Shown here: positions 7,537 to 16,956 of the stretch, piece after piece
Position numbering within the stretch: the first letter of the stretch is position 1
Layout of the letters: each line of letters begins with the position of its first letter
Virus record (IMG/VR): IMGVR_UViG_3300030104_005449
Location: 1-28,344 of that record
Reading direction: 5' to 3' (one strand)
DNA length: 28,344 nucleotides
Source of the DNA: a virus
Lineage: Duplodnaviria > Caudoviricetes
Made by a program: the position numbers and the translations under genes
The notes under the pieces: model-generated
The model's database searches: none
Seen by the model: only the letters and a program-made list of their open reading frames with translations
Told to the model about the DNA's origin: nothing

Positions 7537-7546
7537 GATTAAAATT

Positions 7547-7861
7547 TTATGCTATAGTCATAGAAGTAATTGTAGGATTATTTCCTGCCCCATCTGGTTT
7601 AGGTAAAGGAGTAGGAATATAAGTTATTGTACCTACATAAGACTCTTCTTGTGTTTTAGCTATTTCATTAAATAAAAAATTAGCAATACTATTATCATTA
7701 GCGGCCATTACAGCACTTAATGTTAATGTGATAGTTTTGCCTTCTTTATACCAGATCTTAACAGTTTGTGTAGTAGCCATATTTATACCTACTATACCGT
7801 TAGCACTGATTAAACTTCTAGAAGCTGGAGTTGTTAAATAGATACTTAAATACTTTTCCAT
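7547..7861 (-). CDS. hypothetical protein, 104 aa, possibly virion-associated
   Basis: Start moved from 7921 to 7861 (MEKYLSIYL), which has an A-rich leader and an upstream TATCTTTAT box. Thr/Ile/Ala-rich. Confidence 0.75.
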   Translation of the reverse strand: MEKYLSIYLTTPASRSLISANGIVGINMATTQTVKIWYKEGKTITLTLSAVMAANDNSIANFLFNEIAKTQEESYVGTITYIPTPLPKPDGAGNNPTITSMTIA

Positions 7862-8193
7862 AATAAGAGTTTGTTTGTTATTAAAGTATAAAGATAATGA
7901 TAATATAATTATATATGGCAAAACCTAAAGGTTTACCTTATATGTTAGTTGCTATTACGTATGTAACAGTAAAAAAAGTTAAGTGCCTCATAATAAAGAT
8001 ATTGTAAAAAAATAAGCTATCATATTTGGTTGGCCAGTACTATTACGTTTATGATAGTACTGACCTAATACCGTATAATAGTCAGACTGTTATATTTATG
8101 ATAGTAGACCTGTAATCCATTTTAAATATGCAAGAAAAACAACAATTTTTTTTATTTTTTAATTTTGTGATGTATTCCTAATGAATAATTGTA

Positions 8194-8201
8194 TATATTT
8201 G
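8194..8201 (+). promoter_or_regulatory. Bacteroidota-type -7 box (TAnnTTTG)
   Basis: TATATTTG. No TTTG at the canonical spacing upstream. Confidence 0.5.
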
Positions 8202-8206
8202 TTCTA

Positions 8207-8326
8207 TGTGATAATAGTAATCTACCAGTGCTTTTATTTTCTTGTTTGTGCGGTAGTAAAACTTATTCATAATGTTTTATAGTTTATAGTGGTTGAACCC
8301 TCCTATTAATTTAGGAGGGTTTTTTT
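8207..8326 (+). ncRNA. candidate standalone sRNA of about 120 nt
   Basis: Lies between a -7 box and a strong terminator. No ATG-initiated ORF longer than 5 codons. Has a 5' hairpin (ctacc...ggtag) and a UUCAUAAU segment. Confidence 0.55.
8296..8326 (+). terminator. intrinsic terminator
   Basis: aaccctccta-ttaatt-taggagggtt followed by a T-run. No protein gene upstream on this strand. Confidence 0.85.
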
Positions 8327-8375
8327 ATATGTAATGTAAGGCTTCCTATCATTTTTTGATATTATTACTATTATA

Positions 8376-8407
8376 TTTGTAACAGTAACTAAACTTTTTT
8401 ATATTTG
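8376..8407 (+). promoter_or_regulatory. Bacteroidota sigma70-type promoter for the structural block
   Basis: TTTG (8376-8379), 20 nt, then TATATTTG (8400-8407). Extra TATATTTG copies at 8372 and 8434. Confidence 0.6.
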
Positions 8408-8443
8408 TACTATCAATATTTGATATAAAATTATATATTTGTA

Positions 8444-8740
8444 ATGTTTAAACGAAGAAACAGAAAAGTGATAACGGTTTATTTAGATACTAGAGAAAGC
8501 ATTTTATTAAAGTCTAAAGACAGAACTTTCCACGTATTGTACTATATATTAAGACAGACTGATATGGAAAAACATATTTGGTATGCAGATAAAGTACATA
8601 AAGAAAGTATCATGCTTAACCTAGAAATATCACCAGTGACATTAGACAAGCATATTAGTTCTCTTAAACAACGTGATTTAATATTAACAACAACGGTGAG
8701 AGGGAGATATAGATTAAATATGCAAATTTTTTCAACCTAA
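8444..8740 (+). CDS. winged helix-turn-helix protein, RepL-like
   Basis: IMLNLEISPVTLDKHISSLKQRDLI helix-turn-helix followed by an RGRYRLN wing. Confidence 0.7.
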   Translation: MFKRRNRKVITVYLDTRESILLKSKDRTFHVLYYILRQTDMEKHIWYADKVHKESIMLNLEISPVTLDKHISSLKQRDLILTTTVRGRYRLNMQIFST

Positions 8741-8752
8741 AACTAAATTAAA

Positions 8753-9037
8753 ATGACAAAAGAAAAAACAATGGCTACTAAGGAAAAGGAGAAAGAAAAC
8801 TTAAAAGTAGTAGAAACAGTAGAAAAAGAAACTCAGACTGTTCAGGATTTAGCAGAGTTAACTCCGCAAGAGTATGCAGCTTATAGAAAACTACAACGAG
8901 ATGCTTGTGGTGCAGCAATTGATAAGTTATTACTTGAGTATGATACGGATTTAACTGCTAGAGTAATTGTAGGTGCTGATGCAATAATACCACAAGTATT
9001 TTTAGTAGATGCCAAACCTAAAGCACCAGTACAATAG
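8753..9037 (+). CDS. hypothetical protein, 94 aa
   Basis: ORF track. Operon position. Confidence 0.75.
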   Translation: MTKEKTMATKEKEKENLKVVETVEKETQTVQDLAELTPQEYAAYRKLQRDACGAAIDKLLLEYDTDLTARVIVGADAIIPQVFLVDAKPKAPVQ

Positions 9038-9209
9038 TAAAGATCTTTTGTACTTATTTGACAAAGAAAAGAATTTGTTAAAAACTATTGAGTCGTATTG
9101 TGCTAGAATTAATCTAACTATTACAACAAAATATTTTTTAACAGATTCTAATCTTTTTATTTTAGAAATATTAATAAACTATGGAGACGAAGACAAGACA
9201 GCAAGCTGA
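9009..9209 (+). CDS. hypothetical protein, 66 aa
   Basis: Fills the gap between two genes and overlaps each by 29 nt. Confidence 0.55.
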   Translation: MPNLKHQYNSKDLLYLFDKEKNLLKTIESYCARINLTITTKYFLTDSNLFILEILINYGDEDKTAS

Positions 9210-9573
9210 TCAATTATTTAGTATTATAGATGCTATATTTAATGGAGTAAATGATGCTCAACATAGAGCAGGAACAGGTAAATCTTTTAGTTATGATTTA
9301 ATGGCAATACCTCCGTCTAAAAAAGACAAAGAAAAAGACGCTCTTACACAATATAATTTTACAGTTAAAATACATGAAGCAGGTTATAAAGAAATTGAAT
9401 TACAAACTATTCCTTTTACAAAACCTAAAAATTATGACAAGTATAAAATGGAAGTACAAGTATTGTTAGCAGTATTAACTATTATTGCTGAAACTACTTT
9501 TACTCATTGGGTTGAGCTAGGAAAATTATTAAATGTAGATACTGAACTACAAGAAGCCGCTAAGAAAGCTTAA
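9181..9573 (+). CDS. hypothetical protein, 130 aa
   Basis: ORF track. A-rich leader. Confidence 0.8.
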   Translation: METKTRQQADQLFSIIDAIFNGVNDAQHRAGTGKSFSYDLMAIPPSKKDKEKDALTQYNFTVKIHEAGYKEIELQTIPFTKPKNYDKYKMEVQVLLAVLTIIAETTFTHWVELGKLLNVDTELQEAAKKA

Positions 9574-9574
9574 G

Positions 9575-10147
9575 ATGAAAAAGCATATTATTAATATACC
9601 GACAAATAACGAAAAAATCTATAAACAGATTCTTTCTTTTATGAATTTTCTTATGGGGGCAACTCCACAAGAAAGAGATGTAATTGCTGAATTAGTTGTA
9701 TTAAATAGAGAGTACGAAGCATTACCTGTAGATAAAAGAGCTAAGTTTATTTTAAGTACTGATATGCGTAAAGAAATTAGAGAAAAACTAGATATAGAAG
9801 AAAAACAATTTAATGGATTAATATCTAGACTTAAAAAGATTCAATATATGGGCAGGCCTGTATTGAGTTCGGACGGAGTGTTAAATGCTGGATTGATATT
9901 TGAGCCTGACTCGGATGGCTTAGAAATTCAAATTAAAATGAGCATGAGTAAACAACCTTTACATAGACCTGAAAAAAAAGAAATTGAAAATATCCCAATT
10001 GAAGAGCCAGTTGAGGAAAAAACCATTAAGAAGGAGGAGCCTAAAAAACTAGAGGAGACAGCACCTCGTAAGTTGGCACCTCCTGCTAATGGAACAGATA
10101 CTATAATAGGAAGTAAATATTCTGATGAAGACATTACTATTTTATAA
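9575..10147 (+). CDS. putative HTH DNA-binding protein with a low-complexity tail
   Basis: RKEIREKLDIEEKQFNGLISRLKK is HTH-like. E/K/P-rich C-terminus. Confidence 0.6.
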   Translation: MKKHIINIPTNNEKIYKQILSFMNFLMGATPQERDVIAELVVLNREYEALPVDKRAKFILSTDMRKEIREKLDIEEKQFNGLISRLKKIQYMGRPVLSSDGVLNAGLIFEPDSDGLEIQIKMSMSKQPLHRPEKKEIENIPIEEPVEEKTIKKEEPKKLEETAPRKLAPPANGTDTIIGSKYSDEDITIL

Positions 10148-10408
10148 ATGAAAGGAAAACAAAAAAAGATATTAAACGAATTAGCTATAAAACATAATAT
10201 CTCAATAGGACAGGCTGAAGAAATCTTTAGTCTGTTTGTGGATAAAATAGCTTCTACTATTTCAGAAGAAGATAAAATAGAAAACGGATTATATAATCCT
10301 GATAAATTTAAAACTATACATATAGATAACTTTGGAAAATTTATTCCTAACTTAAACAAGATAACACACGCTAATAAATATTTAGAAAAAAAGAAAAATG
10401 GACATTAG
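10148..10408 (+). CDS. HU/IHF-like DNA-binding protein
   Basis: N-terminal helices ILNELAIKHNISIGQAEEIF and an IHIDNFGKF motif. Such genes are typical of crAss-like packaging regions. Confidence 0.7.
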   Translation: MKGKQKKILNELAIKHNISIGQAEEIFSLFVDKIASTISEEDKIENGLYNPDKFKTIHIDNFGKFIPNLNKITHANKYLEKKKNGH

Positions 10409-10934
10409 TATATTTGAAACTAGTTTTTGGACTGCTCATCCTGAGATGAGATTTGCTGCAGAGTTAGATGATTTTTATAAAAAAGATAAATCTAAAAATA
10501 AAAAAGAATCGTCTAGAATTATGTGGGCTATACAAATGTGTGAACAACCTGATTCTAAATTTTATAATAGGCCTAATAAATATGAAGAAATGAGTAAAAC
10601 ATTTCTAAAAAATATTAAAATTAATTGGAAAAAACTTTCTTCTATTGTAGAGTCTTATAGAGACACTGCATTATCAGATGCTGAAAGAGCTCTTACTTCT
10701 TGGAACGAAACTATTAAGATGAGAGATAAATCTATAAAACAATTATACCAAGAATTATTACAAGAAGGAACAGCTATGTTAGATACTAAAGCTTTAAGAG
10801 ATGTAGACGCTATGTTAGCTGCTACTCCTAAAATGTTTGATGATTATAATAAAATTAAAGCTACTTTCGAAGAAGAAAAAATTCACAAAAAAGGAGGGCA
10901 AACATTATCGCTTTCAGATGAAGACGCATTATAA
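10398..10934 (+). CDS. hypothetical protein directly upstream of the large terminase (possible small terminase subunit)
   Basis: Position and helical composition only. Confidence 0.5.
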   Translation: MDISIFETSFWTAHPEMRFAAELDDFYKKDKSKNKKESSRIMWAIQMCEQPDSKFYNRPNKYEEMSKTFLKNIKINWKKLSSIVESYRDTALSDAERALTSWNETIKMRDKSIKQLYQELLQEGTAMLDTKALRDVDAMLAATPKMFDDYNKIKATFEEEKIHKKGGQTLSLSDEDAL

Positions 10935-10936
10935 TT

Positions 10937-13129
10937 ATGATAAATAACTCTAATTTTCTTATAGGTAAAATTCCTGATTTACATCCTGAGTTAGAGTATT
11001 ACGAAAGGTTATCTTATTGGCAAACACAAAAACGTAGATGTATTGAAGGATACTGGGTCTCTGGTAAGTGGATGCCTGGGCCGTTATATTACTACGTAAA
11101 TTTTCATAACATATTATTTGAAGATGATAGTTCTGTTGCACAAGCTTCAGGACTTCCTTGGTTAAGAGATCTAGATTGGGAAATGTTTTATATTTATGAA
11201 GAATGTAGAGGATTCTCAGGATTTTCAGAAGATACAAAATATACATGTGATAGAAGATACGGGCCTGAAAAAGATTTAGCTATTTTATTAGGACGTATAA
11301 CTAAAGAAGAAATTAAGAAAAAAGTATATGTTTCTGCTAGAGAATATTTAAGAAAAACTCATAACAAAAGTTTAGGAAAACCGTTATATAAAAACGAAGC
11401 TAGACATTTAATAAGTATACAGTCTCGTGGAGGCGGTAAATCTTATGGTACATCAGGATTAATTAATCATAATTATTTATTTGATGGAGCTACAGATTAT
11501 GATATATATTTAGAACGTAAAAAAGAAAAGAAATATATTGCTTCTGATACAATAGTAGGAGCTATTGATACTAAATATACAGGGCCATTAATTAAAAAAA
11601 TATTACATGCTTTAGAAATGCTACCTGGAGAATATAAATTAGCTTCTGATAAAATACATCCTTCTCCTTTACTAGTATCTCATACAGGATCACTTGCTCC
11701 TAATAAAGAATATCAATCAAAAACAGGATCTTTGCTTAGACATAGAACTTTTAAAGATAATCCTCTTGCTGCCAATGGTACTAGACCTAACTTAGTAGCT
11801 ATGGATGAAATAGGGTTTATGTATAATATTAAAGAATCTTGGGCAGCTATAGAAGCAACACAGCAATCTAAACAAAAAAAGAATCTAGTTATTTGGGCTT
11901 TAGGTACTGGCGGTTTGGTAGCAGGTAAAGCGGCTTTGTATGCTGAATCTATATTTCGTAATCCTCAAGATTATAATTGTTTAGTATTTGAAGATATATT
12001 TGAAAATAGAGGACAAATAGGATATTTTGTTCCTTATACAAAAACTTTAAATGAGTTTAAGGATAAACCTAACTACATTACTGATGAAAAAAGAGCTGAC
12101 CTTTATATAAAACATAGAAGAGAAGAAGCTAAAAAATCAGATGATCCTTCTGTTTATCAAGGAGAAATTATTAATGGGCCTATAGTTCCGTCTGAAGCAT
12201 TTTTAGTTGTAGAAGGATCTTATTTTCCTACATTATATTTAAAAAATCATTTAGCAGAAGTAGAAGGAGGAGAGTGTCAAAAATATGTAGACAGTTCTTT
12301 TAAAGGAGAATTAATATTTAATGATAACGGAGAAATAGAATTTTCTACAATACAAGATGCTAGACCTATAAGAAATTTTCCTTTAAAGAAAAATGATCCT
12401 AAAGAAGGGTGTATAGAAGTATGGGTAAAACCTCAAAAAAATGAAGACGGGGTAGTTCCTAGAGGAACTTATATAGCAGGGATGGACGTTGTAGATAAAG
12501 CCAGGGCTACTACAAGTTCATTACCTTCTATAGTAATAATGAATAGATTTACTCGTCAAATTGTAGCAGAATATACAGGACGTACAGATGATCCTAACGA
12601 TTTTTATGAAATATGTAGAAAATTATTATTATATTATAACGCTACTGGAATGTATGAACAAAACTTACCAGGATTGTTTACATACTTTGAACGTAAAAAA
12701 TGTTTGTATTTGCTAGCAGATACTCCTTATCAGTTACGTAATTCAGATACATTCAGACAAGGTACTAATACTTCTAAAGGAATTAATGCCTCAGAAAAAG
12801 TTAACCAAACAGCTAGAGATTTTATTAAATCATGGTTGTTAGAAAAAACATCTAGTAATTCTGATCAAAGAGTACTAGAATTAATTTATTCTCCTGCAAT
12901 GTTATTAGAACTTATTATGTGGAATAAAAGAGGTAACTTTGACCGTGTATCTTCTTTAGGTATGGTAATGTGGCACGATGCTACAACACAAAGAAATATA
13001 GAAAAAGAAACAGTAGCTGTTAAAACATTTTTAGACGATGAATATTGGGAAGATATGGGAGTATTAAAATTTTCAAAATCTAAATCCGTTTTTAACGACT
13101 TTGAAGATCCTTTCAATTTAAGAAAGTAA
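10937..13129 (+). CDS. terL: terminase large subunit
   Basis: Walker A SRGGGKS, Walker B VAMDEIG, nuclease motifs IAGMDVVD, YEQN and GNFDRVS. Followed by the portal gene. Confidence 0.93.
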   Translation: MINNSNFLIGKIPDLHPELEYYERLSYWQTQKRRCIEGYWVSGKWMPGPLYYYVNFHNILFEDDSSVAQASGLPWLRDLDWEMFYIYEECRGFSGFSEDTKYTCDRRYGPEKDLAILLGRITKEEIKKKVYVSAREYLRKTHNKSLGKPLYKNEARHLISIQSRGGGKSYGTSGLINHNYLFDGATDYDIYLERKKEKKYIASDTIVGAIDTKYTGPLIKKILHALEMLPGEYKLASDKIHPSPLLVSHTGSLAPNKEYQSKTGSLLRHRTFKDNPLAANGTRPNLVAMDEIGFMYNIKESWAAIEATQQSKQKKNLVIWALGTGGLVAGKAALYAESIFRNPQDYNCLVFEDIFENRGQIGYFVPYTKTLNEFKDKPNYITDEKRADLYIKHRREEAKKSDDPSVYQGEIINGPIVPSEAFLVVEGSYFPTLYLKNHLAEVEGGECQKYVDSSFKGELIFNDNGEIEFSTIQDARPIRNFPLKKNDPKEGCIEVWVKPQKNEDGVVPRGTYIAGMDVVDKARATTSSLPSIVIMNRFTRQIVAEYTGRTDDPNDFYEICRKLLLYYNATGMYEQNLPGLFTYFERKKCLYLLADTPYQLRNSDTFRQGTNTSKGINASEKVNQTARDFIKSWLLEKTSSNSDQRVLELIYSPAMLLELIMWNKRGNFDRVSSLGMVMWHDATTQRNIEKETVAVKTFLDDEYWEDMGVLKFSKSKSVFNDFEDPFNLRK

Positions 13130-13146
13130 ATTTAAATTTTTATATT

Positions 13147-13154
13147 TAACTTTG
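13147..13154 (+). promoter_or_regulatory. -7 box upstream of the portal gene
   Basis: TAACTTTG, 21 nt before the ATG. Confidence 0.4.
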
Positions 13155-13175
13155 TAAATTAAATAAAAAATTCTC

Positions 13176-15614
13176 ATGGCATACGAATCAAGTATAAAAC
13201 TAAATAATTTAACTAGTTTTCCTAGACAAAAATTATCAGAAAAAAGTAAAACAAAAAAATGGTTTAAAAAATGTGTAGACTACGCAGAAAATCTTTTAAC
13301 TTCTGATTTTGAATTAAGAGCAAATTTTAAAAACAAACAGACTAACTATAGGTTACGTTCTAATGTAATAAATCCAAAAGATTTTCAAAGATATATTAAT
13401 CCTGATAATTTAGATTTACAAAAACTTCCTGCACAATTTCAACATGTTGGAATAGAAAACTCTAAAATTAATCTTTTACTAGGAGAATACTCTAAAAGAA
13501 GAAAAGAATATCGTGCCTATCTTTCTTCTAATGATGTAGAAGGAATTTCTAGAAAAGAAAGAGAATTAAGATCTCAAATGGATAAGCTTTTTATGGAAAT
13601 TGTAACAGGAGAAGCTAAATCAGAAAAAGAAATACAAGAAGCATTAAAAGCTCAAATGGATTATGCTACTTATGATTTTCAAGATATTGCAGAAATTACT
13701 GCTAATAGAATTCTTAAAAGAGAATACAAAGAACAAAATTTAGATTTTTTATTCTTACGTACATTTGAAGATCTTTTAGTAGCAGGAGAAGAAATAGTAT
13801 ACTGTGGAGTACTAGGAGGAGAACCTGTAATGAGAAGGGTAAACCCTATGAACTTATATACATTAGGAGGTAGTTCTATGTATGTAGAAGATTCTGATGT
13901 TATTATATGGTATGACTACATGTCTACTGGACAAGTTATAGATGATTACTGGGATGAGTTAACTCCTAAAGATGTAGAATTTTTAGAAACAGGAACAAGT
14001 ACTACTACAGCAGCTACTACTGCTATAGGTCTTAATAAAGATTATTCTATAGATGAAATTTATGGTGATTTAGATGCATTACAAATTTTTCATCCTAGTG
14101 AAGTAGGAAGTAGAACTTTTGCAGGATCTTTTGATTCGTCAGGAAACGTAAGAGTTGTTAGAGCATGTTGGAGATCTAGACGTAAATTATATAAACGTAA
14201 ATATTACGATCAAGATGGAGAAACTCAATATGATTTTGTAGATGAATTTTATAAAGCTAAAAAAGATTTAGGAGAAGAACTTGAAGAAGTATGGGTTAAT
14301 GAATGGTTAGAAACTACAAAAATTGCTGATGATATTTATGTAGGTATGAAACCAGTGCCTTATTCTGGAAAATCTTTAGTAAATAAATCTAAAGGAACTC
14401 CTCCATTTGTAGGATCAGTATATAGTACTAATGATACTCGTGTACAATCTTTGTCAGATGTAATGAAACCATTAGCTTATTCTTATGATATTGCTTATTA
14501 TAAACGTGAATTAGAAATAGCAACATACAAAGGTAACTTTGCTGCTATTAATGCATCTATGATTCCTGCAGGTTGGAAACCAGCAGAATGGATTAGATAT
14601 ATTACTATAAATAAATTTGGATTTTTAGATCCTACAAATGAAATATTAAAAGGCCCTTCACAAGGAAAATCTGCAGGAGCATTTAATCAATTAACTGCTA
14701 CTAATGTACAGATGGGGGATCCTAATGCTATACAAATGTATACTAATATATTATTAGATATAGAAAATACATTAGGTAAATTAGCAGGTGTATCTGGAGC
14801 CAGAGAAGGACAAATACAAAATCGTGAAGCAGTAGGTAATGTAGAACGTGAAGTTGCACAAACTTCTCATATTACTGAAAAGTGGTTTTCAGTAGATGCT
14901 AATTTTCGTAAACGTGCAGTAACTAAATTTTTAGAATGTTGTAAATATGCTTATAAAAAGAATCCTAAACGAGGTCAATTTTTAATGGACGATATGGGAT
15001 CAGTTATGATTAAAAACTTTGATGAATTTGTTTCTTCAGAAATGGATATTCATATTGGAGATTCTACAGCAGATACTCAATTATATTCAGAAATTAAATC
15101 TTTATCACAAGCAGCTATACAAAATGGTCAAGCTAAAATAGAAGATTTAATTGCTATTTCTACTTCTGAATCTGTACAAGAAACTTCTCGTAAATTAAAA
15201 GCTTCAGCAGAACGTATTAGAAAAGAGCAACAAGAAATGGCTGCACAAGATAGAGAAGCTAATATGCAAATGCAACAAATGAAAAACGAGCTTCAAGAAA
15301 AAATGTGGGAAAGAGATGATTTCCATAAAGCAGAAGATCGTAAAATTGAGTATGCTAAAATTAATGCAAAACTTGAAGAGGTTACTTTAAAAGAAGAAGT
15401 AAATCTTATGCGTGATAATATGCGTATAGATAGTGACGGAAATGGTATAGCAGATGAAATAGACTTAAGACGTACAGAAGTAGACGAAAACTTTAAAGAA
15501 AATAGTATTAGAGTACAAGAAGAAAAACTTAATGAAACTATTAGAAATAATAAAGCTAATGAAGAAATAAAAAGAGAAAAAATAGCAAAAACAACAAAAC
15601 AAGAAAAAAAATAA
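13176..15614 (+). CDS. portal protein (crAss-like)
   Basis: 812 aa. Motifs FPRQKL, KINLLLGE and GVSGAREGQI...EAVGNVER, plus a C-terminal coiled coil. Follows the terminase. Confidence 0.88.
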   Translation: MAYESSIKLNNLTSFPRQKLSEKSKTKKWFKKCVDYAENLLTSDFELRANFKNKQTNYRLRSNVINPKDFQRYINPDNLDLQKLPAQFQHVGIENSKINLLLGEYSKRRKEYRAYLSSNDVEGISRKERELRSQMDKLFMEIVTGEAKSEKEIQEALKAQMDYATYDFQDIAEITANRILKREYKEQNLDFLFLRTFEDLLVAGEEIVYCGVLGGEPVMRRVNPMNLYTLGGSSMYVEDSDVIIWYDYMSTGQVIDDYWDELTPKDVEFLETGTSTTTAATTAIGLNKDYSIDEIYGDLDALQIFHPSEVGSRTFAGSFDSSGNVRVVRACWRSRRKLYKRKYYDQDGETQYDFVDEFYKAKKDLGEELEEVWVNEWLETTKIADDIYVGMKPVPYSGKSLVNKSKGTPPFVGSVYSTNDTRVQSLSDVMKPLAYSYDIAYYKRELEIATYKGNFAAINASMIPAGWKPAEWIRYITINKFGFLDPTNEILKGPSQGKSAGAFNQLTATNVQMGDPNAIQMYTNILLDIENTLGKLAGVSGAREGQIQNREAVGNVEREVAQTSHITEKWFSVDANFRKRAVTKFLECCKYAYKKNPKRGQFLMDDMGSVMIKNFDEFVSSEMDIHIGDSTADTQLYSEIKSLSQAAIQNGQAKIEDLIAISTSESVQETSRKLKASAERIRKEQQEMAAQDREANMQMQQMKNELQEKMWERDDFHKAEDRKIEYAKINAKLEEVTLKEEVNLMRDNMRIDSDGNGIADEIDLRRTEVDENFKENSIRVQEEKLNETIRNNKANEEIKREKIAKTTKQEKK

Positions 15615-15709
15615 TTTAACATAAAGCTATACTCCCTAGAAGATAATAACATAAATAAAGTTTATGGAGTATAAAAATAATTTTAATATTGTAATTAAAT
15701 AATGACAGC

Positions 15710-16918
15710 ATGAGTAAAGGAGAAAATGAATTATTTGATGGTATTCAAATACTATCACCTCAAGAATTGGAAGAATCTCAAGTAAGTGGAGAAGTTACTA
15801 ATAAAGATTCTGAAACTTCTACTCCAGATAAAGGAGTAGAAGAAAATACTAAAAAAGAAATAAGCATTAGTGACGGCTTAACAGTCACTCCTCCAGAAGA
15901 AACGACTTCTAATGAGGAAATTGAAAGTAAGATAGAACCTGTTTCTGATAAACCAGAAATTCCAAAAAAAGGAACTAATCGTTATTCAGCTCTTATAAAA
16001 GACTTAATGAACGAAGATATTTTTTATGGAATTGAAGAAGAAGAAATTGAAGAAATGCTAGAAGATGCTTCTGCTGATACTATTAAACAATTAATGTCTA
16101 AAACATTAAAAACTGAATTTAATAAGCAAGCAAAATCTTGGATGGATACTTTTTCAGGAGCTAAGAAAAGATTTTTAGAAATTGAAGACAAGTTTTCTGA
16201 TACTGATCAGGCTATTCAAATGGCACAAAGACTTGATTTTCTAGATAATGTTTCTGTAGATGCTCTTAAAGAAGATACAAATCTTCAAAAAAATATCTAC
16301 TTCGAATATTTAAAAAGTAAAAACTTTTCAGATGTTGAAGCTAGAGATATGGTAGAAGAAGCAGACGGTATTGATAAGTTGGAAGAAAAAGCATCTAGTG
16401 CTATACCTGCTCTTAGAAAACAAGCTCATACTATAGTACAAAGAGCTGAAGCAGATAAACAAGCTAGAATGGAGCAATATCAAAATGCTCAAAGTCAACA
16501 ATTTCAAAACTTAATGGACACAGTTGATTCTAAAGAAGAATTCATTAGTGGATTAAAACTTAATAAAACTGTAAAGGATAAGATCAAAACTAATATGACT
16601 ACTCCTGTCTATAAAGATGAACAAGGTAGAGAATATACTAGCTTGATGTATAAACAAATGAAACAGCCTGCAGAATTTCAGGCACTTATGAGTTACTACG
16701 ATCAACTAGGACTTTTTGATATTAATAAAGAAGGAAAATTTATTCCTAATATTGATAAGTTAAAAAAAGTAGCTAAAACAAAAGCTGTATCAGAATTAGA
16801 TAGAGTATTAGCATCAGAAGATGAAAAAGGAATTGGAAGACAAAATTCTAATTCAGTTTCTGGTAAAACTTCTGGAATTCTTGACATGCTTGAAAGAGGT
16901 TATAAGAAAAAAAGATAA
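15710..16918 (+). CDS. acidic head-assembly (scaffold-like) protein
   Basis: Acidic low-complexity N-terminus and helical body, between portal and capsid genes. Confidence 0.6.
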   Translation: MSKGENELFDGIQILSPQELEESQVSGEVTNKDSETSTPDKGVEENTKKEISISDGLTVTPPEETTSNEEIESKIEPVSDKPEIPKKGTNRYSALIKDLMNEDIFYGIEEEEIEEMLEDASADTIKQLMSKTLKTEFNKQAKSWMDTFSGAKKRFLEIEDKFSDTDQAIQMAQRLDFLDNVSVDALKEDTNLQKNIYFEYLKSKNFSDVEARDMVEEADGIDKLEEKASSAIPALRKQAHTIVQRAEADKQARMEQYQNAQSQQFQNLMDTVDSKEEFISGLKLNKTVKDKIKTNMTTPVYKDEQGREYTSLMYKQMKQPAEFQALMSYYDQLGLFDINKEGKFIPNIDKLKKVAKTKAVSELDRVLASEDEKGIGRQNSNSVSGKTSGILDMLERGYKKKR

Positions 16919-16956
16919 TAAATAATATATTCGTTTAACAATTAAAAAAAAGAAAA

